Assembly: GCA_046758745.1 (NCBI GenBank)
Contig: JBHIAV010000010.1
Coordinates: 1 to 64,000, forward strand
Direction of reading: 5' to 3'
DNA: 64,000 bases
Source: Gemmatimonadota bacterium
GTDB taxonomy: Bacteria > Gemmatimonadota > Gemmatimonadetes > Palauibacterales > Palauibacteraceae
The translations under genes were made by a program, and so were the position numbers. The notes under the pieces were generated by a model. It made no database searches and was not told the origin of the DNA. It worked only from the letters and a program-made list of their open reading frames with translations. Of this stretch, positions 51,034 to 61,396 are shown piece by piece (position 1 is the first letter of the stretch; the number at the start of each line of letters is the position of its first letter).

Positions 51034-52316
51034 GCGCCGTCTCCGTGCCGGTCGATCCCTGCGCCCAACGCGTTCAGTCGCTCGTCGATTCGCTCGTATC
51101 CGCGCTCGATCTGCTCGATGTTGCGAATCACGCTTTCCCCCTCTGCAGCGAGCGCGGCGATCAGCAACGCCATTCCCGCCCGGATGTCCGGGCTTTCCAC
51201 CACCGAGCCGCGGAGCCGCGCAGGGCCGACCACGACCGCCCGGTGCGGATCGCACAGCACGATGCGCGCCCCCATCGAGATCACCTTGTCGACGAAGAAC
51301 ATGCGCGACTCGAACATCTTCTCGTGGATCAGGATCGTTCCGCTGCACTGGGTAGCCACGACGAGGGCGATGCTGATGAGATCGGCCGGAAACGCGGGCC
51401 ACGGACCGTCATCCAGCTTGGCGATCTGCCCCCCGAGGTCGGCCAGGATCTCCAGGGACTGCTCCGCCGGCACTTGCAGGGCTCCCTCCCGCAGCTCGAA
51501 GTGGATCCCGAGGCGAGCGAAGCCGAGCCGCAACGGATGGAACGCCTCCGTCGGGATCTCCTCGATCGTGATCTGGGAACCGGTGATGGCGGCCAATCCG
51601 ATCAGACTCCCGATCTCTATGTGATCGGCCCCGATGCGCCACTCTCCCCCCGACAGCCGCTCGACCCCCTCGATCTCCAGCACCCCGGTTCCGATCCCAT
51701 CGATCCGTGCACCCAGCGCGCACAGGAAGCGGCAAAGGTCCTGGACGTGCGGCTCGGCGGCGGCGTTCCGCAGCCGCGTGGTGCCGTGTGCCGTCACTGC
51801 CGCGAGGATGGCGTTCTCCGTAGCGGTGACCGACGGCTCGTCCAGGAAGATATCGGCCCCGCGCAGCTGTCGGGCCCGGAGGTAGTAGGAGGCCCCCGCC
51901 TCCACCTCTGCGCCGAGCCGGCCGAGGGCGAGGAAATGCGTGTCCAGGCGGCGACGCCCGATCACGTCGCCACCGGGGGGGGGAAGCGCGACGTCTCCCC
52001 GTCGGGCGAGCAGGGGACCCGCGAGCAGGATGGAGGCGCGAATCCTGGCCGCGAGCGCCGGATCGAGACTCGAGCCCCTCAGTCCGGCCGCGCGCAGGCG
52101 CACGGTGTTCGGATCCTCCCATTCGGCCTCGACGCCGAGGTTGCGCATGAGCTCGATGAGCGTCCGCACGTCGAGGATGTCCGGAACATTGGTCAGCCGG
52201 ACCGCCTCCTCGGCGAGCAGAGCGCCCGCCAATATGGGAAGCGCCGCGTTCTTGTTGCCGGCCGGGCTGAAGCGGCCGCTCAGCCGCGCCGGTCCCCGAA
52301 TGCGGTACGAACTCAT
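51030..52316 (-). CDS. murA: UDP-N-acetylglucosamine 1-carboxyvinyltransferase (Asp-type)
   Basis: GNKNAALP, IRASILLAGPLLAR, PGGDVIGRRRLDTH, SVTATEN, NAAAEPHV, FPAD, MFESR, SPDIRAG, IERGYE. Real start ATG 52316. Confidence 0.96.
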   Translation of the reverse strand: MSSYRIRGPARLSGRFSPAGNKNAALPILAGALLAEEAVRLTNVPDILDVRTLIELMRNLGVEAEWEDPNTVRLRAAGLRGSSLDPALAARIRASILLAGPLLARRGDVALPPPGGDVIGRRRLDTHFLALGRLGAEVEAGASYYLRARQLRGADIFLDEPSVTATENAILAAVTAHGTTRLRNAAAEPHVQDLCRFLCALGARIDGIGTGVLEIEGVERLSGGEWRIGADHIEIGSLIGLAAITGSQITIEEIPTEAFHPLRLGFARLGIHFELREGALQVPAEQSLEILADLGGQIAKLDDGPWPAFPADLISIALVVATQCSGTILIHEKMFESRMFFVDKVISMGARIVLCDPHRAVVVGPARLRGSVVESPDIRAGMALLIAALAAEGESVIRNIEQIERGYERIDERLNALGAGIDRHGDGA

Positions 52317-52471
52317 CGCGCGACCTCTCGCCAAACTTCCACCAGTCCGTCCCCTCCCTAAGGGGAGGCGCCCAGCCCGCGGGGGGGAGCGTCGGAGGCC
52401 GGAAAGTAGGTCGCCGTACAGGGCGGCGGCAACGCGCGGCGCACCCGTTGGAGACTCGGAACGCACGTCCT

Positions 52472-52582
52472 TGGCACGATTTCCGCATGGCTCCCAGCGC
52501 TGAGGTGACGGGGGGGGCACGGCTCGGGCCAGCGCCCCGACGAGGAGGGGCGAGTTGAGGGTTGGTTGGCGCGCGAATAGCT
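52472..52582 (+). promoter_or_regulatory. Two putative sigma-54 (-24/-12) promoters upstream of the DUF948-like/phospholipase C pair
   Basis: TGGCAC-GATTT-CCGC at 52472-52486 and TGGCGC-GCGAA-TAGC at 52567-52581, both with exact GG-N10-GC spacing. Confidence 0.5.
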
Positions 52583-52626
52583 TTCGGCTTCGGGTCGATC
52601 CAACCACGCCGAAGCCGGGAGGGCAG

Positions 52627-53088
52627 GTGAGCCTGTTCGACATTCTCATCACGGTCTCGCTGATCCTGTGGATCCTGGTGTGTCTCGGGCTCATCGTTGC
52701 GCTCGGATCCGGCTTGCGCTTCCTCCAGGAGCTGAGGGCGCGCCGCGAGCGGTACGACCGCTTCTTCGAGGTGCTCGAGCGGCGGGTCGCGCCGCTGCTC
52801 GACCGTGCCGAGTATGTGGTCGACAACACCCAGTACCTCTCGTCGGTCCTCCGCGCCGATGTCGAGACGGTGAGCCGATCCGTGTCTCGCGCCGCACGAT
52901 CCGCGGACCGAATCATGGAGATGGCGGAGGAGCGGGCCGCCGAGCTGAACGGCCTTCTCGAGGTCGTGCAGGAGGAGGCCGAGGAGACGTTTCTTTCCAC
53001 GGCCTCCCTCCTGCGGGCCATTCGAGGCGCCCGGCGGAGGCGGAAAAGACTCACGCGCGGTGAGCGGGTTCGGAGACGGTTGGGTTGA
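52627..53088 (+). CDS. DUF948/YoxC-like membrane-anchored coiled-coil protein
   Basis: GTG behind GGAGG, N-terminal TM helix, amphipathic helical body, basic C-terminus. Confidence 0.6.
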   Translation: MSLFDILITVSLILWILVCLGLIVALGSGLRFLQELRARRERYDRFFEVLERRVAPLLDRAEYVVDNTQYLSSVLRADVETVSRSVSRAARSADRIMEMAEERAAELNGLLEVVQEEAEETFLSTASLLRAIRGARRRRKRLTRGERVRRRLG

Positions 53089-54071
53089 CGCGCCGCGTTC
53101 TGCTCACCGGCGTCGTCCTCGCGGCTCTCCTCCTCCTGGTCTCTCCGGAGACGGCGCTGGCCTGGGGTCCGGCCACGCACATGCACATCTCGGTCGAGGT
53201 GCTTCGCTCCCTCAACCTCTTCCCGAGACAGATCGCCGGTCTGCTGGCCGCGTACCCGATCGACTTCCTGTACGGGAGTCTGGCGGCCGATATCTCGATG
53301 GCGAAGAAGTACGCGCCCGTCGGCCGCCACTGTCACCACTGGCACGTGGCGCGCGAGATCTACGGGGCGGCCGGAGAGGATCCGAAGCTGCGCGCCTCGA
53401 TGATCGGGTACCTGACTCACCTGGCGGCCGATGTGCTGGCTCACAACTCGTTCGTGCCGCGCCTCCTCCTCCTCACCTCCTCCACACGGGCGCTCGGGCA
53501 TTCCTACTGGGAGCACCGGATGGACGCGGACGTGGGTTCGCAGTACACGGCGCTGGCTCGCTGGGTCGTCACCGACTTCGATCACTCTCGCACGGATGGG
53601 CTTTTCCGAAAGGTTCTCGCCAACACCCTGTTCAGCTTCGGGACGAACCGTCGGATCTTCCGCGGCATGATCCGGATCAGCGACAACGACAGCTGGCAGG
53701 CGATCTTCGACACGGTGATCGACAACTCGAGATGGATCCTCGAACGAGCCGAAGTCGATCGCTACCTCCGCTACTCGTTCGAGTCGGTGGCGGATTTCCT
53801 CATGCGCGACGAGGAATCCGACGCAGCGGGAGGCGACCCGATCGGTGAAGAGGCGCTCGCCGAAGCGAAGAAGATCCGCCGGCGCGTGCTGCTGGCCGGC
53901 GGGTGGCGGAGCGGACGCGCGCTGCACGCCACCGCGGACCACCACTTCCCGTTGCCGACCGGCTCCACCGAGCTGTGGGATCGGAGGGGAGAGACGGCGG
54001 GGCTGGCCACGCGGCTGATCGAGCAGGCGGCCCTGGCCGCGCCGGGGACCGCCTCGGCGCCGGCCGTGTAG
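53085..54071 (+). CDS. Zinc-dependent phospholipase C/P1-nuclease-fold protein, secreted
   Basis: Signal peptide ending ALA, mature N-terminus WGPATH, GSLAAD, HHW, GYLTHLAADVLAHN, HSYWEHRMD. TTGA overlap with the upstream gene. Confidence 0.85.
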   Translation: MTRRVLLTGVVLAALLLLVSPETALAWGPATHMHISVEVLRSLNLFPRQIAGLLAAYPIDFLYGSLAADISMAKKYAPVGRHCHHWHVAREIYGAAGEDPKLRASMIGYLTHLAADVLAHNSFVPRLLLLTSSTRALGHSYWEHRMDADVGSQYTALARWVVTDFDHSRTDGLFRKVLANTLFSFGTNRRIFRGMIRISDNDSWQAIFDTVIDNSRWILERAEVDRYLRYSFESVADFLMRDEESDAAGGDPIGEEALAEAKKIRRRVLLAGGWRSGRALHATADHHFPLPTGSTELWDRRGETAGLATRLIEQAALAAPGTASAPAV

Positions 54072-54088
54072 CGGGTGCGTGCCGCAGG

Positions 54089-55777
54089 TCAGGAACGTGG
54101 CCCTTGCGGCGGCCTCCGCTCGAACACGATCCGTCCGTCCACCATCGTGAGGTCCACGCGCACGGCTTTGATCCGATCGGGCGGTATCGCCAGGAGATCC
54201 GCGCTCAGGACCGCGATGTCGGCCCGCTTTCCCACCTCCAGCGTCCCGGTATACCTGTCGGCGAAGCCGGCGTAAGCCGCCGATCGTGTGTAGGCCCTCA
54301 GCGCTTCCTCGACGGAGATGCGCTGCTCCGGCACCCACCCGGCCGGGTGAGCGCCGTCCAGGGTGCGGCGGGTGGACGCGGCGTACAGGCCGAGGAGCGG
54401 ATCGAGGGGAGCCACCGTCCAGTCCGACCCGAACGTCAGGGTCGCTTCCGCATCGAGCAGCGAGCGGAAGGCGTACGTGGTAGCGGCGCGCTCCGGGCCG
54501 ACCTTCTGCTCGGCCCAGCGACCGTCGTCGATCGCGTGATACGGCTGCATGGACGGGATGACCCCCAGGCGGCGGAAGCGGGCGATGTCCCCGGAGCGAA
54601 GGTGTTGGGCGTGCTCTACCCGCCACCGGCGGTCGCGCGGGCTGCCCTCCCGGTGGAGCTCCTCGTACGCATCGAGGAGGAGTCTGTTCGCCCGGTCCCC
54701 GATGGCGTGCACGGCGAGGTGCAGCCCCGCAGAGTCCGCTGCGCCGATCCGGCTCCGGAGGGAGTCCAGGGGGGTCACCAGCAGGCCGAGGTTGTCCGGT
54801 TCATCCGCGTAGGGTTCCTCGAACGCCGCAGTCGCCGATCCCAGCGAGCCGTCCACGAACCCCTTCACCCCCCCGAAGCGGAGCCACTCGTCGCCGGTCC
54901 CACCCCTCTCCGCCACTTCTGCAGCCAGCCGCCTCCAGCTCGCCAGGGGCACGAAAGCGTACACGCGCAGAGTAAGCTCGCCCCGCTCGCGGGCGCGCCG
55001 GTAGGTCGCGAGGTCGGCCCACGTCCCCATGTCGTGCACTCCCGTCACCCCGCGCCCCGCCGCGTGGCCCATGGCCGCCCGCAGGGCCTCGTCCTGTTCC
55101 TCCTCCGAGGGCGCGGGTATGTGGGCGGAGACGAGGGACATCGCGCCGTCCTTGAAGATGCCGGTGGGCATCCCGGACGCGTCGCGCACCATCTCGCCGC
55201 CAGCCGGAGCGCGCGTCTCTTCGTCGACGCCGGCGATCCGCATGGCGAGCGAGTTGGCGAGCGCCATGTGCCCGTCGTGACGCCACACCCACACCGGATT
55301 CTCCGCGGCGGCGGAGTCGATCCACGCGTGCTCCGGCAGGGTCCCGCCCCACCGGTGGTGGTCCCAGTAGCCGCCGAGGATCCAGCGTCCCGGCGGCAGA
55401 GCGGCGGCGAACTCCCCTAGCCGCCGGGTGAACTCGGCCGGGGTGGCGGCGGCCCTCAGATCGACGGCCGCCAGGCTGAAGCCGCCTTCGATGAAGTGGG
55501 TGTGCGTGTCGATGAAGCCCGGGGTGACCATCCGTCCTCCCAGCTCGATCACGCGGGTCCCGCGACCGGCGAGCGCGCGGATCTCTTCCTCCGTCCCGAC
55601 CGCCATGATCGAGTTGCCTCGCACGGCGATCCCCCGCGCCGCCGGGGCGCCGGGCACCCCTGTCCACACGGGGCCACCCACCAGCAGGAGGTCCGGACCC
55701 GGGAGTGAAGCGCAGGCGGCCGACATCAGGACGGCTCCAAAGGCGAGCACCGAGGGGCCGCCGCCCCGCTCATGCAC
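54089..55777 (-). CDS. Amidohydrolase family 3 (YtcJ-like), possible lipoprotein
   Basis: PGFIDTHTH, DGHMALANS, KGFVDGSLGS, VHAIGDRAN, RVEHAQ, SMQPYH, FGSDW, GKRAD; N-terminal LMSAA-C. Confidence 0.9.
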   Translation of the reverse strand: MHERGGGPSVLAFGAVLMSAACASLPGPDLLLVGGPVWTGVPGAPAARGIAVRGNSIMAVGTEEEIRALAGRGTRVIELGGRMVTPGFIDTHTHFIEGGFSLAAVDLRAAATPAEFTRRLGEFAAALPPGRWILGGYWDHHRWGGTLPEHAWIDSAAAENPVWVWRHDGHMALANSLAMRIAGVDEETRAPAGGEMVRDASGMPTGIFKDGAMSLVSAHIPAPSEEEQDEALRAAMGHAAGRGVTGVHDMGTWADLATYRRARERGELTLRVYAFVPLASWRRLAAEVAERGGTGDEWLRFGGVKGFVDGSLGSATAAFEEPYADEPDNLGLLVTPLDSLRSRIGAADSAGLHLAVHAIGDRANRLLLDAYEELHREGSPRDRRWRVEHAQHLRSGDIARFRRLGVIPSMQPYHAIDDGRWAEQKVGPERAATTYAFRSLLDAEATLTFGSDWTVAPLDPLLGLYAASTRRTLDGAHPAGWVPEQRISVEEALRAYTRSAAYAGFADRYTGTLEVGKRADIAVLSADLLAIPPDRIKAVRVDLTMVDGRIVFERRPPQGPRS

Positions 55778-57236
55778 CGTTTCTCCCTTCCTCCAGCCTC
55801 CGCTTCAGCATCTGTCGCGCGCGCTCAGGGTCCGCCGCGCCGCGTGCCTCACGCATCACGGCGCCCATGAAGTGCTCGAGGAGCCTCTCCTCACCGGCCC
55901 GGTAGCGGGCCGCCTCTCTCGGGTGCGCCCGGATCGCCGCGGCCACCCATTCCTCCAGCCGATGCTCGTCACGGATCTGGGCGAGGCCGTGGTCTCGTAC
56001 GACGGTGTCCGGGTCCCCGCCTCCCTCGCCGCGGAAGAGGAGCTCCAGCGCCCGGGCCGCAGTGCGGGAGCTCAGGGTGCCGTCGCGCCGCAGCTCCACG
56101 ATGCGAGCGAGCGCCTCGGGCGCCACGAGATTCGCCTCGCCCGCCTCTCCACCTCTCCGTTTCAGCTCCGCCGCGATCTCTCCCATGATGAAGTTCGCCG
56201 CCGCCTTCGCGGACTCCGGGGGAGCTTCCCCCACCGCGCGCTCGAAGAACGCGGCCCGCGCGGGCGTCGCCGCCAGCAGGGCCGCATCGTATTCGGAGAG
56301 ACCGTACCGCTCCCGCAGCCGGAGCTCGATCCGGTCGGGAAGCTCGGGCAGGCTGTGTCGCTCGCGAACCACCAGGGCCGGATCCAGCTCGAGGAGGGGC
56401 AGATCCGGGTCCGGAAAGTAGCGATAGTCGAACGCCTCTTCCTTCCCGCGGAGTGGCCTCGTCTCGCCGGCCGCCTGGTCGAAGAGCCGCGTCTCCCGAA
56501 GCACGTGGCCATCCTTCCGGAGGAGGCGGACCTGCCGTGCCTCCTCGAAGAGAAGCGCCTTCTCCACATTGCTGAAGGAGTTCAGATTCTTGACCTCCGT
56601 CTTCGTCCCGAGCCGCGACGCTCCGACGCGCCTCACCGAGAGGTTCGCGTCCACCCGGAGGCTTCCCTCCTCCATGTTGCAGTCGCTCACGGCCGCGTAG
56701 TGCTCGAGGAGCTGCTTCAGACGGACCAGATACGCCCGGGCCTCCGCCGGTGAGCGCAGGTCCGGCTCGGTGACGATCTCCACGAGAGGCACCCCGGCGC
56801 GGTTGAGATCGACCGCGGTCGACCCCTCGAACCGGTCGTGCAGCGACTTTCCCGCATCCTCCTCCAGGTGGAGCCGCCGCACGCGAACCCGGCGGGTTCC
56901 GTCCTCCGTGTGTACGGCGACGGCGCCGTCCGAGGCCAGCGGATGCGCGAACTGGGTGATCTGATACCCCTTGGGCAGATCGGGATAGAAGTAGTTCTTG
57001 CGCACGAACTCCGAGCGCTGCCGCACCGAGCAGCCGAGGACGAGCGCCGCCCGCACGGCGAGGGTGACGGCCCGCTCGTTCGGCACGGGCAGCGCCCCGG
57101 GAAGGCCGAGGCACACGGGACACACGTGCGCATTGGGCGGTGCCCCGTACTCGGCGCGGCACCGACAGAACATCTTCGTCTCGGTGCGGAGCTGCACGTG
57201 TACCTCCACCCCGATTACGGTCTCGAAGTCGCTCAT
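55770..57236 (-). CDS. gatB: Asp-tRNA(Asn)/Glu-tRNA(Gln) amidotransferase subunit B
   Basis: [69 protein letters not shown]. Confidence 0.97.
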   Translation of the reverse strand: MSDFETVIGVEVHVQLRTETKMFCRCRAEYGAPPNAHVCPVCLGLPGALPVPNERAVTLAVRAALVLGCSVRQRSEFVRKNYFYPDLPKGYQITQFAHPLASDGAVAVHTEDGTRRVRVRRLHLEEDAGKSLHDRFEGSTAVDLNRAGVPLVEIVTEPDLRSPAEARAYLVRLKQLLEHYAAVSDCNMEEGSLRVDANLSVRRVGASRLGTKTEVKNLNSFSNVEKALLFEEARQVRLLRKDGHVLRETRLFDQAAGETRPLRGKEEAFDYRYFPDPDLPLLELDPALVVRERHSLPELPDRIELRLRERYGLSEYDAALLAATPARAAFFERAVGEAPPESAKAAANFIMGEIAAELKRRGGEAGEANLVAPEALARIVELRRDGTLSSRTAARALELLFRGEGGGDPDTVVRDHGLAQIRDEHRLEEWVAAAIRAHPREAARYRAGEERLLEHFMGAVMREARGAADPERARQMLKRRLEEGRNGA

Positions 57237-58741
57237 ACGGTCTCCCGCTCGAGGGGGTGGCGGAACGCCACGAGCTCCTCGAGACGGCTCGCCAGCCCGA
57301 GCATGCGCTCCTCCTCCCAGGGGGGGCACATCAGCTGACCACCGACCGGAAGGCCATCCACCAGCCCGATGGGAATCGACACGGCCGGGATCCCTGCCAG
57401 GTTCGCCGACACGGTGTAGATGTCGGACAGGTACATCGCGTAAGGCTCATCCGACTTTTCGCCGAGGCGGAACGCCGGCGTGGGCGTGGTCGGGGCGAAG
57501 AGCGCGTCGACCCCCCCGACGAAGACCCGCTGCAGGTCCTCGGCAATCGCCGCCCGCACCTGCTGGGCGCGCAGGTAGTAGGCCTCGTAGTAGCCGGCCG
57601 ACAGGGCGTACGTACCCAGCATGATCCGCCGCTTCACCTCGGCGCCGAACCCGGCGCCGCGCGTGGAGGCGTACAGCGCATCGATGTCCGGGGCGTCCGC
57701 GTGCCGGAATCCGTACCGAACGCCGTCGTACCGGGCCAGATTGCTCGACGCCTCCGCGGGCGCCAGGACGTAGTAGCACGGAATGGCGAGCCCGGTGTGC
57801 GGGAGCGCCACCTCCCGCACCTCGGCGCCGGCTCCTGCCATGCGACGAAGCGTCTCCTCCGTCCGCTCCCGCACGCCCGGAGCCAGGCCTTCGCCCAAGA
57901 ACTCGGCCGGCACCCCGATGGTGCGGCCCTCGAGTCCGAAGGTGTCCAGGGCGGCCGCGCGCGGCGGCCGCCTGTCCTGACAGGTCGCGTCGAGTGGATC
58001 CGCCCCCGCGATGACCTCGAGCACCTCGGCCGCGTCCCGGACCCGCCGGGCGAGGATCCCGATCACGTCCAGGCTCGAGGCGAAGGCGACGAGCCCGTAG
58101 CGGCTCACCCGGCCGTACGTCGGCTTGACGCCCACCACGCCGCAGAAGGAAGCGGGCTGGCGAATCGATCCGCCGGTGGAAGAGCCGAGCGCCACGGGGA
58201 CGACCCCCGCTGCCACCGCCGCCGCCGAGCCACCGGAGCTCCCCCCCGGCACCCGTGAGCGGTCCACCGGGTTGCGCGTGGGGCCGAAAGCACTGTGCTC
58301 GGTCGACGAACCCATGCCGAACTCGTCCAAGTTCGTCTTTCCGAACAGGAGCGCTCCCTCCGCCAGCACACGTCGGACGGCCGTCGCGGCGAAGGGGGAT
58401 CGATACCCTTCCAGGATTCGGGAGCCGCAGGTGGTGGGAAGGTCCGGCGTGCAGATGTTGTCCTTTACGGCGATCGGGATGCCCACCAGGCGTCCACCGG
58501 GCGGCCCCTCCCCCGAGGCGGCGGGGGCCATCCGCGCATGGGCCGCTCCCGTTCGGGCCGGCTCCCTTCCGCCCGCCGGGCCGGCGGCATCGCCTAGCGT
58601 GCTCAGGAAGGCGTGCACCGGCTCCGGTGCGGCGTCCAGCTCCTCGTTCCTGCGCGCCGCGAGGCGGAGCATGGCCGTGGGACCGACGCCCTCGGCGTCG
58701 CGGAGCCGGCGGACCGTGGCGAGATCGGCCAGAGCCGTCAC
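57233..58741 (-). CDS. gatA: Asp-tRNA(Asn)/Glu-tRNA(Gln) amidotransferase subunit A
   Basis: [68 protein letters not shown] behind GGAGGG. Confidence 0.96.
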   Translation of the reverse strand: MTALADLATVRRLRDAEGVGPTAMLRLAARRNEELDAAPEPVHAFLSTLGDAAGPAGGREPARTGAAHARMAPAASGEGPPGGRLVGIPIAVKDNICTPDLPTTCGSRILEGYRSPFAATAVRRVLAEGALLFGKTNLDEFGMGSSTEHSAFGPTRNPVDRSRVPGGSSGGSAAAVAAGVVPVALGSSTGGSIRQPASFCGVVGVKPTYGRVSRYGLVAFASSLDVIGILARRVRDAAEVLEVIAGADPLDATCQDRRPPRAAALDTFGLEGRTIGVPAEFLGEGLAPGVRERTEETLRRMAGAGAEVREVALPHTGLAIPCYYVLAPAEASSNLARYDGVRYGFRHADAPDIDALYASTRGAGFGAEVKRRIMLGTYALSAGYYEAYYLRAQQVRAAIAEDLQRVFVGGVDALFAPTTPTPAFRLGEKSDEPYAMYLSDIYTVSANLAGIPAVSIPIGLVDGLPVGGQLMCPPWEEERMLGLASRLEELVAFRHPLERETV

Positions 58742-58802
58742 ACACCCTCCGGTCCGCGTCTCCCAGCCCGACACTCGCCGCTCGCCGCGGGGCTCCGGCG
58801 GC

Positions 58803-59102
58803 TCACGACCCCGGCTCCAGGGCCGGAAGCCTGGGGACCACGAAGAAGCCGTCGCGCCAGTCCGGCGCCAGCTCCCCGATGGGCAGGGTGAGGGGATCGG
58901 GTCCCGGGACGTCTGGTCGAAGACGCGGCGCCAGCCCTCGTCCGGAAGGTCCCCGTGGAAGCTCCCCCACGTCCTGAAGAGCCGCGAAGTGAGTGAGCAG
59001 CGTCTCCATCTCCGCCGCCAGCCGTCGCAGCTCCTCCTCTCCGAGGCGCAGGCGAGCGAGGCGGGCCACGTGCCTCGCGTGCTCCACGTCGATCCGCCTC
59101 AT
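58803..59102 (-). CDS. gatC: Asp-tRNA(Asn)/Glu-tRNA(Gln) amidotransferase subunit C
   Basis: C-terminal 99 aa of track ORF 58803-59960: [24 protein letters not shown]; directly upstream of gatA. Confidence 0.9.
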   Translation of the reverse strand: MRRIDVEHARHVARLARLRLGEEELRRLAAEMETLLTHFAALQDVGELPRGPSGRGLAPRLRPDVPGPDPLTLPIGELAPDWRDGFFVVPRLPALEPGS

Positions 59103-59149
59103 CGGGCCCGCACCTCGCTCCGCCACCGGGCGTACGGATTCGCTCCCGC

Positions 59150-61396
59150 TCAAGCGGGCCGCAGACCGGCATGCGCCACGACCACCTTCTTCCGCCCCCC
59201 GCCGTCGAACTCGATCTCCACCTTCGCTCCCCGACCACTGCCGCTCACCGCCAGGATCGTCCCTTCGCCGAAGCGCGGATGGACCACTCGTGCGCCTGGC
59301 TCGACCTGCAGCGGAAGCTGCGTATCCCCGTAGTCGTAGCGCAGGCCGGACCCCGTTCCCCGATGCGCCGACCGAACCCACTCGAAGTCCGGCGCGCTCC
59401 CTGCGTCCTCCCATGCGCGCCACGGGCGGGCCAAGCGGCGAGCCCGTCGTCCATCGAACGGGTCGCCGATCACCCGCCGTTCCACCGGCCCTTCGGGAAG
59501 CTCTTCGAGAAACGAGGATGGCTCGGACCAGCCCTGGCTGCCGGCGCGCCACCGCCGGTCCGCGAAGGTAAGAACGAGCCGATCCATCGCCCGTGTGATG
59601 CCGACATAGAAGAGGCGTCGCTCCTCCTCCAGTCCGTCCGGCGAGTCGATCGCCCTCGCCAGGGGGAAGAGTCCCTCCTCGAGACCTCCGATGAACACGA
59701 CCGGGAACTCGAGTCCCTTCGCGTTGTGAAGCGTCATCAGGGTCACCGAGCCGGTGCCCTCCTCGTACTCGTCCATCTCCGAACGGAGGGCGGCGCATTG
59801 GAGGTAGAGCTCGAGCTCGGTGGCCCCGGCCCCTGGATCCTCGACCTCGGCGGGGTCGAAGGCGGAGGCCGCGGCGAGCAGCTCGGTCAGGTTCGCGACC
59901 CGCTCCGCTCCTTCCTCCTCCGCCTCGAGCGCCGTCGCGAGGCCGAAGCGGCGCACGCACTCGCGGATCGCCTCCTCTGCCGTGGCCTCGGGCAGCATCT
60001 CCCCCAGGGCCAGGAGCTCCGTCGCGAACTCCCGCAGGGCTCGGGCGCCGGCTGGCGGGACTCCGGGAAGCTCCGGCGCCCGCGCCGCCGCCTCCAGCAG
60101 CGTGAGCCCGCCCTCCCGCGCCGCCGCTTGCAGACGCTCTGTCGTAACGCTCCCCACCCCCCGACGCGGCCAGCTCACCGCACGCCGGAAGGCAACCTCG
60201 TCGGATGGGTTCACCGCGAGCTGCAGGTAGGCCAGCACGTCCTTGATCTCCCGCCGCTCGTAGAAGCGCACGCTCCCTACGATGCTATACGGAAGGCCGG
60301 CTCCACGCAGGGCATCCTCGTAGGGACGCGACTGTGCGTTCGTACGATACAGGATCGCGCAGTCGGCCAGGGCGCCTCGGTCGGCCAGCGGACGGATCTC
60401 GTTCACCGTCCACTTCGCTTCCGCCCGCTCGTCCGCCGTGCGAACCAGCAGGACAGGGTCTCCTTCCCGCCGCACCGTATGGAGCCGCTTCTCCTTGCGC
60501 CGGCGGTTCTGCGCGATCACCCGGTTCGCCACCTCGAGAATCGGCGGAGTGGAGCGGTAGTTCTCTTCGAGGCGTACCACGGCGGCGCCCGGGAAGTCGC
60601 GCTCGAAGTCCAGGATGTTCCTGAGGTCCGCCCCCCGCCAGCCATATATCGACTGGTCATCGTCACCGACCACACACACGTTCCCGTGCACACGGCCAAG
60701 CGAGCGGATCATCCTGTACTGAGCGCGGTTCGTATCCTGGTACTCGTCGACCAGCACGTGTCGGAAGCGGCGCGCGTACCTCTCGGCGACATCTTCGTGT
60801 CGCTCGAGCAACCGCGTCGCGTGGAGGAGGAGATCGTCGAAGTCGAACGCGTTACACCGGGTGAGGATCCGCTCGTACGCCGGATACACGTCGGAAACGG
60901 CACGCGACAGCAGGTCGAAGGCAGAGACGGAGTACTCCTCGGGCGACAACAAGGCGTTCTTGGCGTCCGAGATACGCGAGCGGATCGTTGCCGGCGACCA
61001 GCCCTGCGGGTCGTATCCGGCATCGTCCATCGCCTGCCGAATCGCCCGGAGCGAGTCCTCCTCATCGTAGATGGTAAAGCCGGAACCCCGGTTCGTCGCG
61101 TGGCCCTCGCGGCGGAGCAGGCGCGCCGCGATGGCGTGAAACGTCCCAATCCACAGGCCGGCGGGCTCGCACCCGAGGAGGAGCCCGATACGCTCCCGCA
61201 TCACGCCCGCCGCCTTGTTCGTGAAGGTGACCGCGAGGATCTCGCTCGGCGAAACGCCCCGATCGAGGATCAGCCGGGCGATGCGCGCCGTGAGCACGCG
61301 GGTCTTGCCAGAGCCGGCGCCGGCGAGAATCAGCAGTGGTCCTTCACCGTGATCCACTGCCCGCCTCTGCTCGGGGTTGAGCGGAAGACCCCTCAC
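59150..61396 (-). CDS. pcrA: ATP-dependent DNA helicase PcrA/UvrD
   Basis: LAGAGSGKT, TFTNKAA, VDEYQDTN, VGDDDQSIYGWRGA, LEENYRS, MTLHNAKGLEF, EERRLFYVGITRA, C-terminal HPRFGEG. GTGA overlap with the kinase. Confidence 0.95.
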   Translation of the reverse strand: MRGLPLNPEQRRAVDHGEGPLLILAGAGSGKTRVLTARIARLILDRGVSPSEILAVTFTNKAAGVMRERIGLLLGCEPAGLWIGTFHAIAARLLRREGHATNRGSGFTIYDEEDSLRAIRQAMDDAGYDPQGWSPATIRSRISDAKNALLSPEEYSVSAFDLLSRAVSDVYPAYERILTRCNAFDFDDLLLHATRLLERHEDVAERYARRFRHVLVDEYQDTNRAQYRMIRSLGRVHGNVCVVGDDDQSIYGWRGADLRNILDFERDFPGAAVVRLEENYRSTPPILEVANRVIAQNRRRKEKRLHTVRREGDPVLLVRTADERAEAKWTVNEIRPLADRGALADCAILYRTNAQSRPYEDALRGAGLPYSIVGSVRFYERREIKDVLAYLQLAVNPSDEVAFRRAVSWPRRGVGSVTTERLQAAAREGGLTLLEAAARAPELPGVPPAGARALREFATELLALGEMLPEATAEEAIRECVRRFGLATALEAEEEGAERVANLTELLAAASAFDPAEVEDPGAGATELELYLQCAALRSEMDEYEEGTGSVTLMTLHNAKGLEFPVVFIGGLEEGLFPLARAIDSPDGLEEERRLFYVGITRAMDRLVLTFADRRWRAGSQGWSEPSSFLEELPEGPVERRVIGDPFDGRRARRLARPWRAWEDAGSAPDFEWVRSAHRGTGSGLRYDYGDTQLPLQVEPGARVVHPRFGEGTILAVSGSGRGAKVEIEFDGGGRKKVVVAHAGLRPA

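Noticed and set aside
51975..51983. G9 homopolymer as a phase-variation tract
   Set aside because: It encodes the Pro run of the MurA active-site loop, and the frame is intact.
51030..54626. 1198-aa ORF suggesting a giant MurA fusion
   Set aside because: Only the last 428 codons are MurA. The 770-codon extension is Arg/Pro/Ser-rich, antisense to two real genes (in register with the PLC gene) and out of frame within the amidohydrolase gene.
58803..59960. 385-aa ORF ending in GatC
   Set aside because: The upstream 286 codons mostly overlap pcrA out of frame; gatC has its own SD and ATG at 59102.
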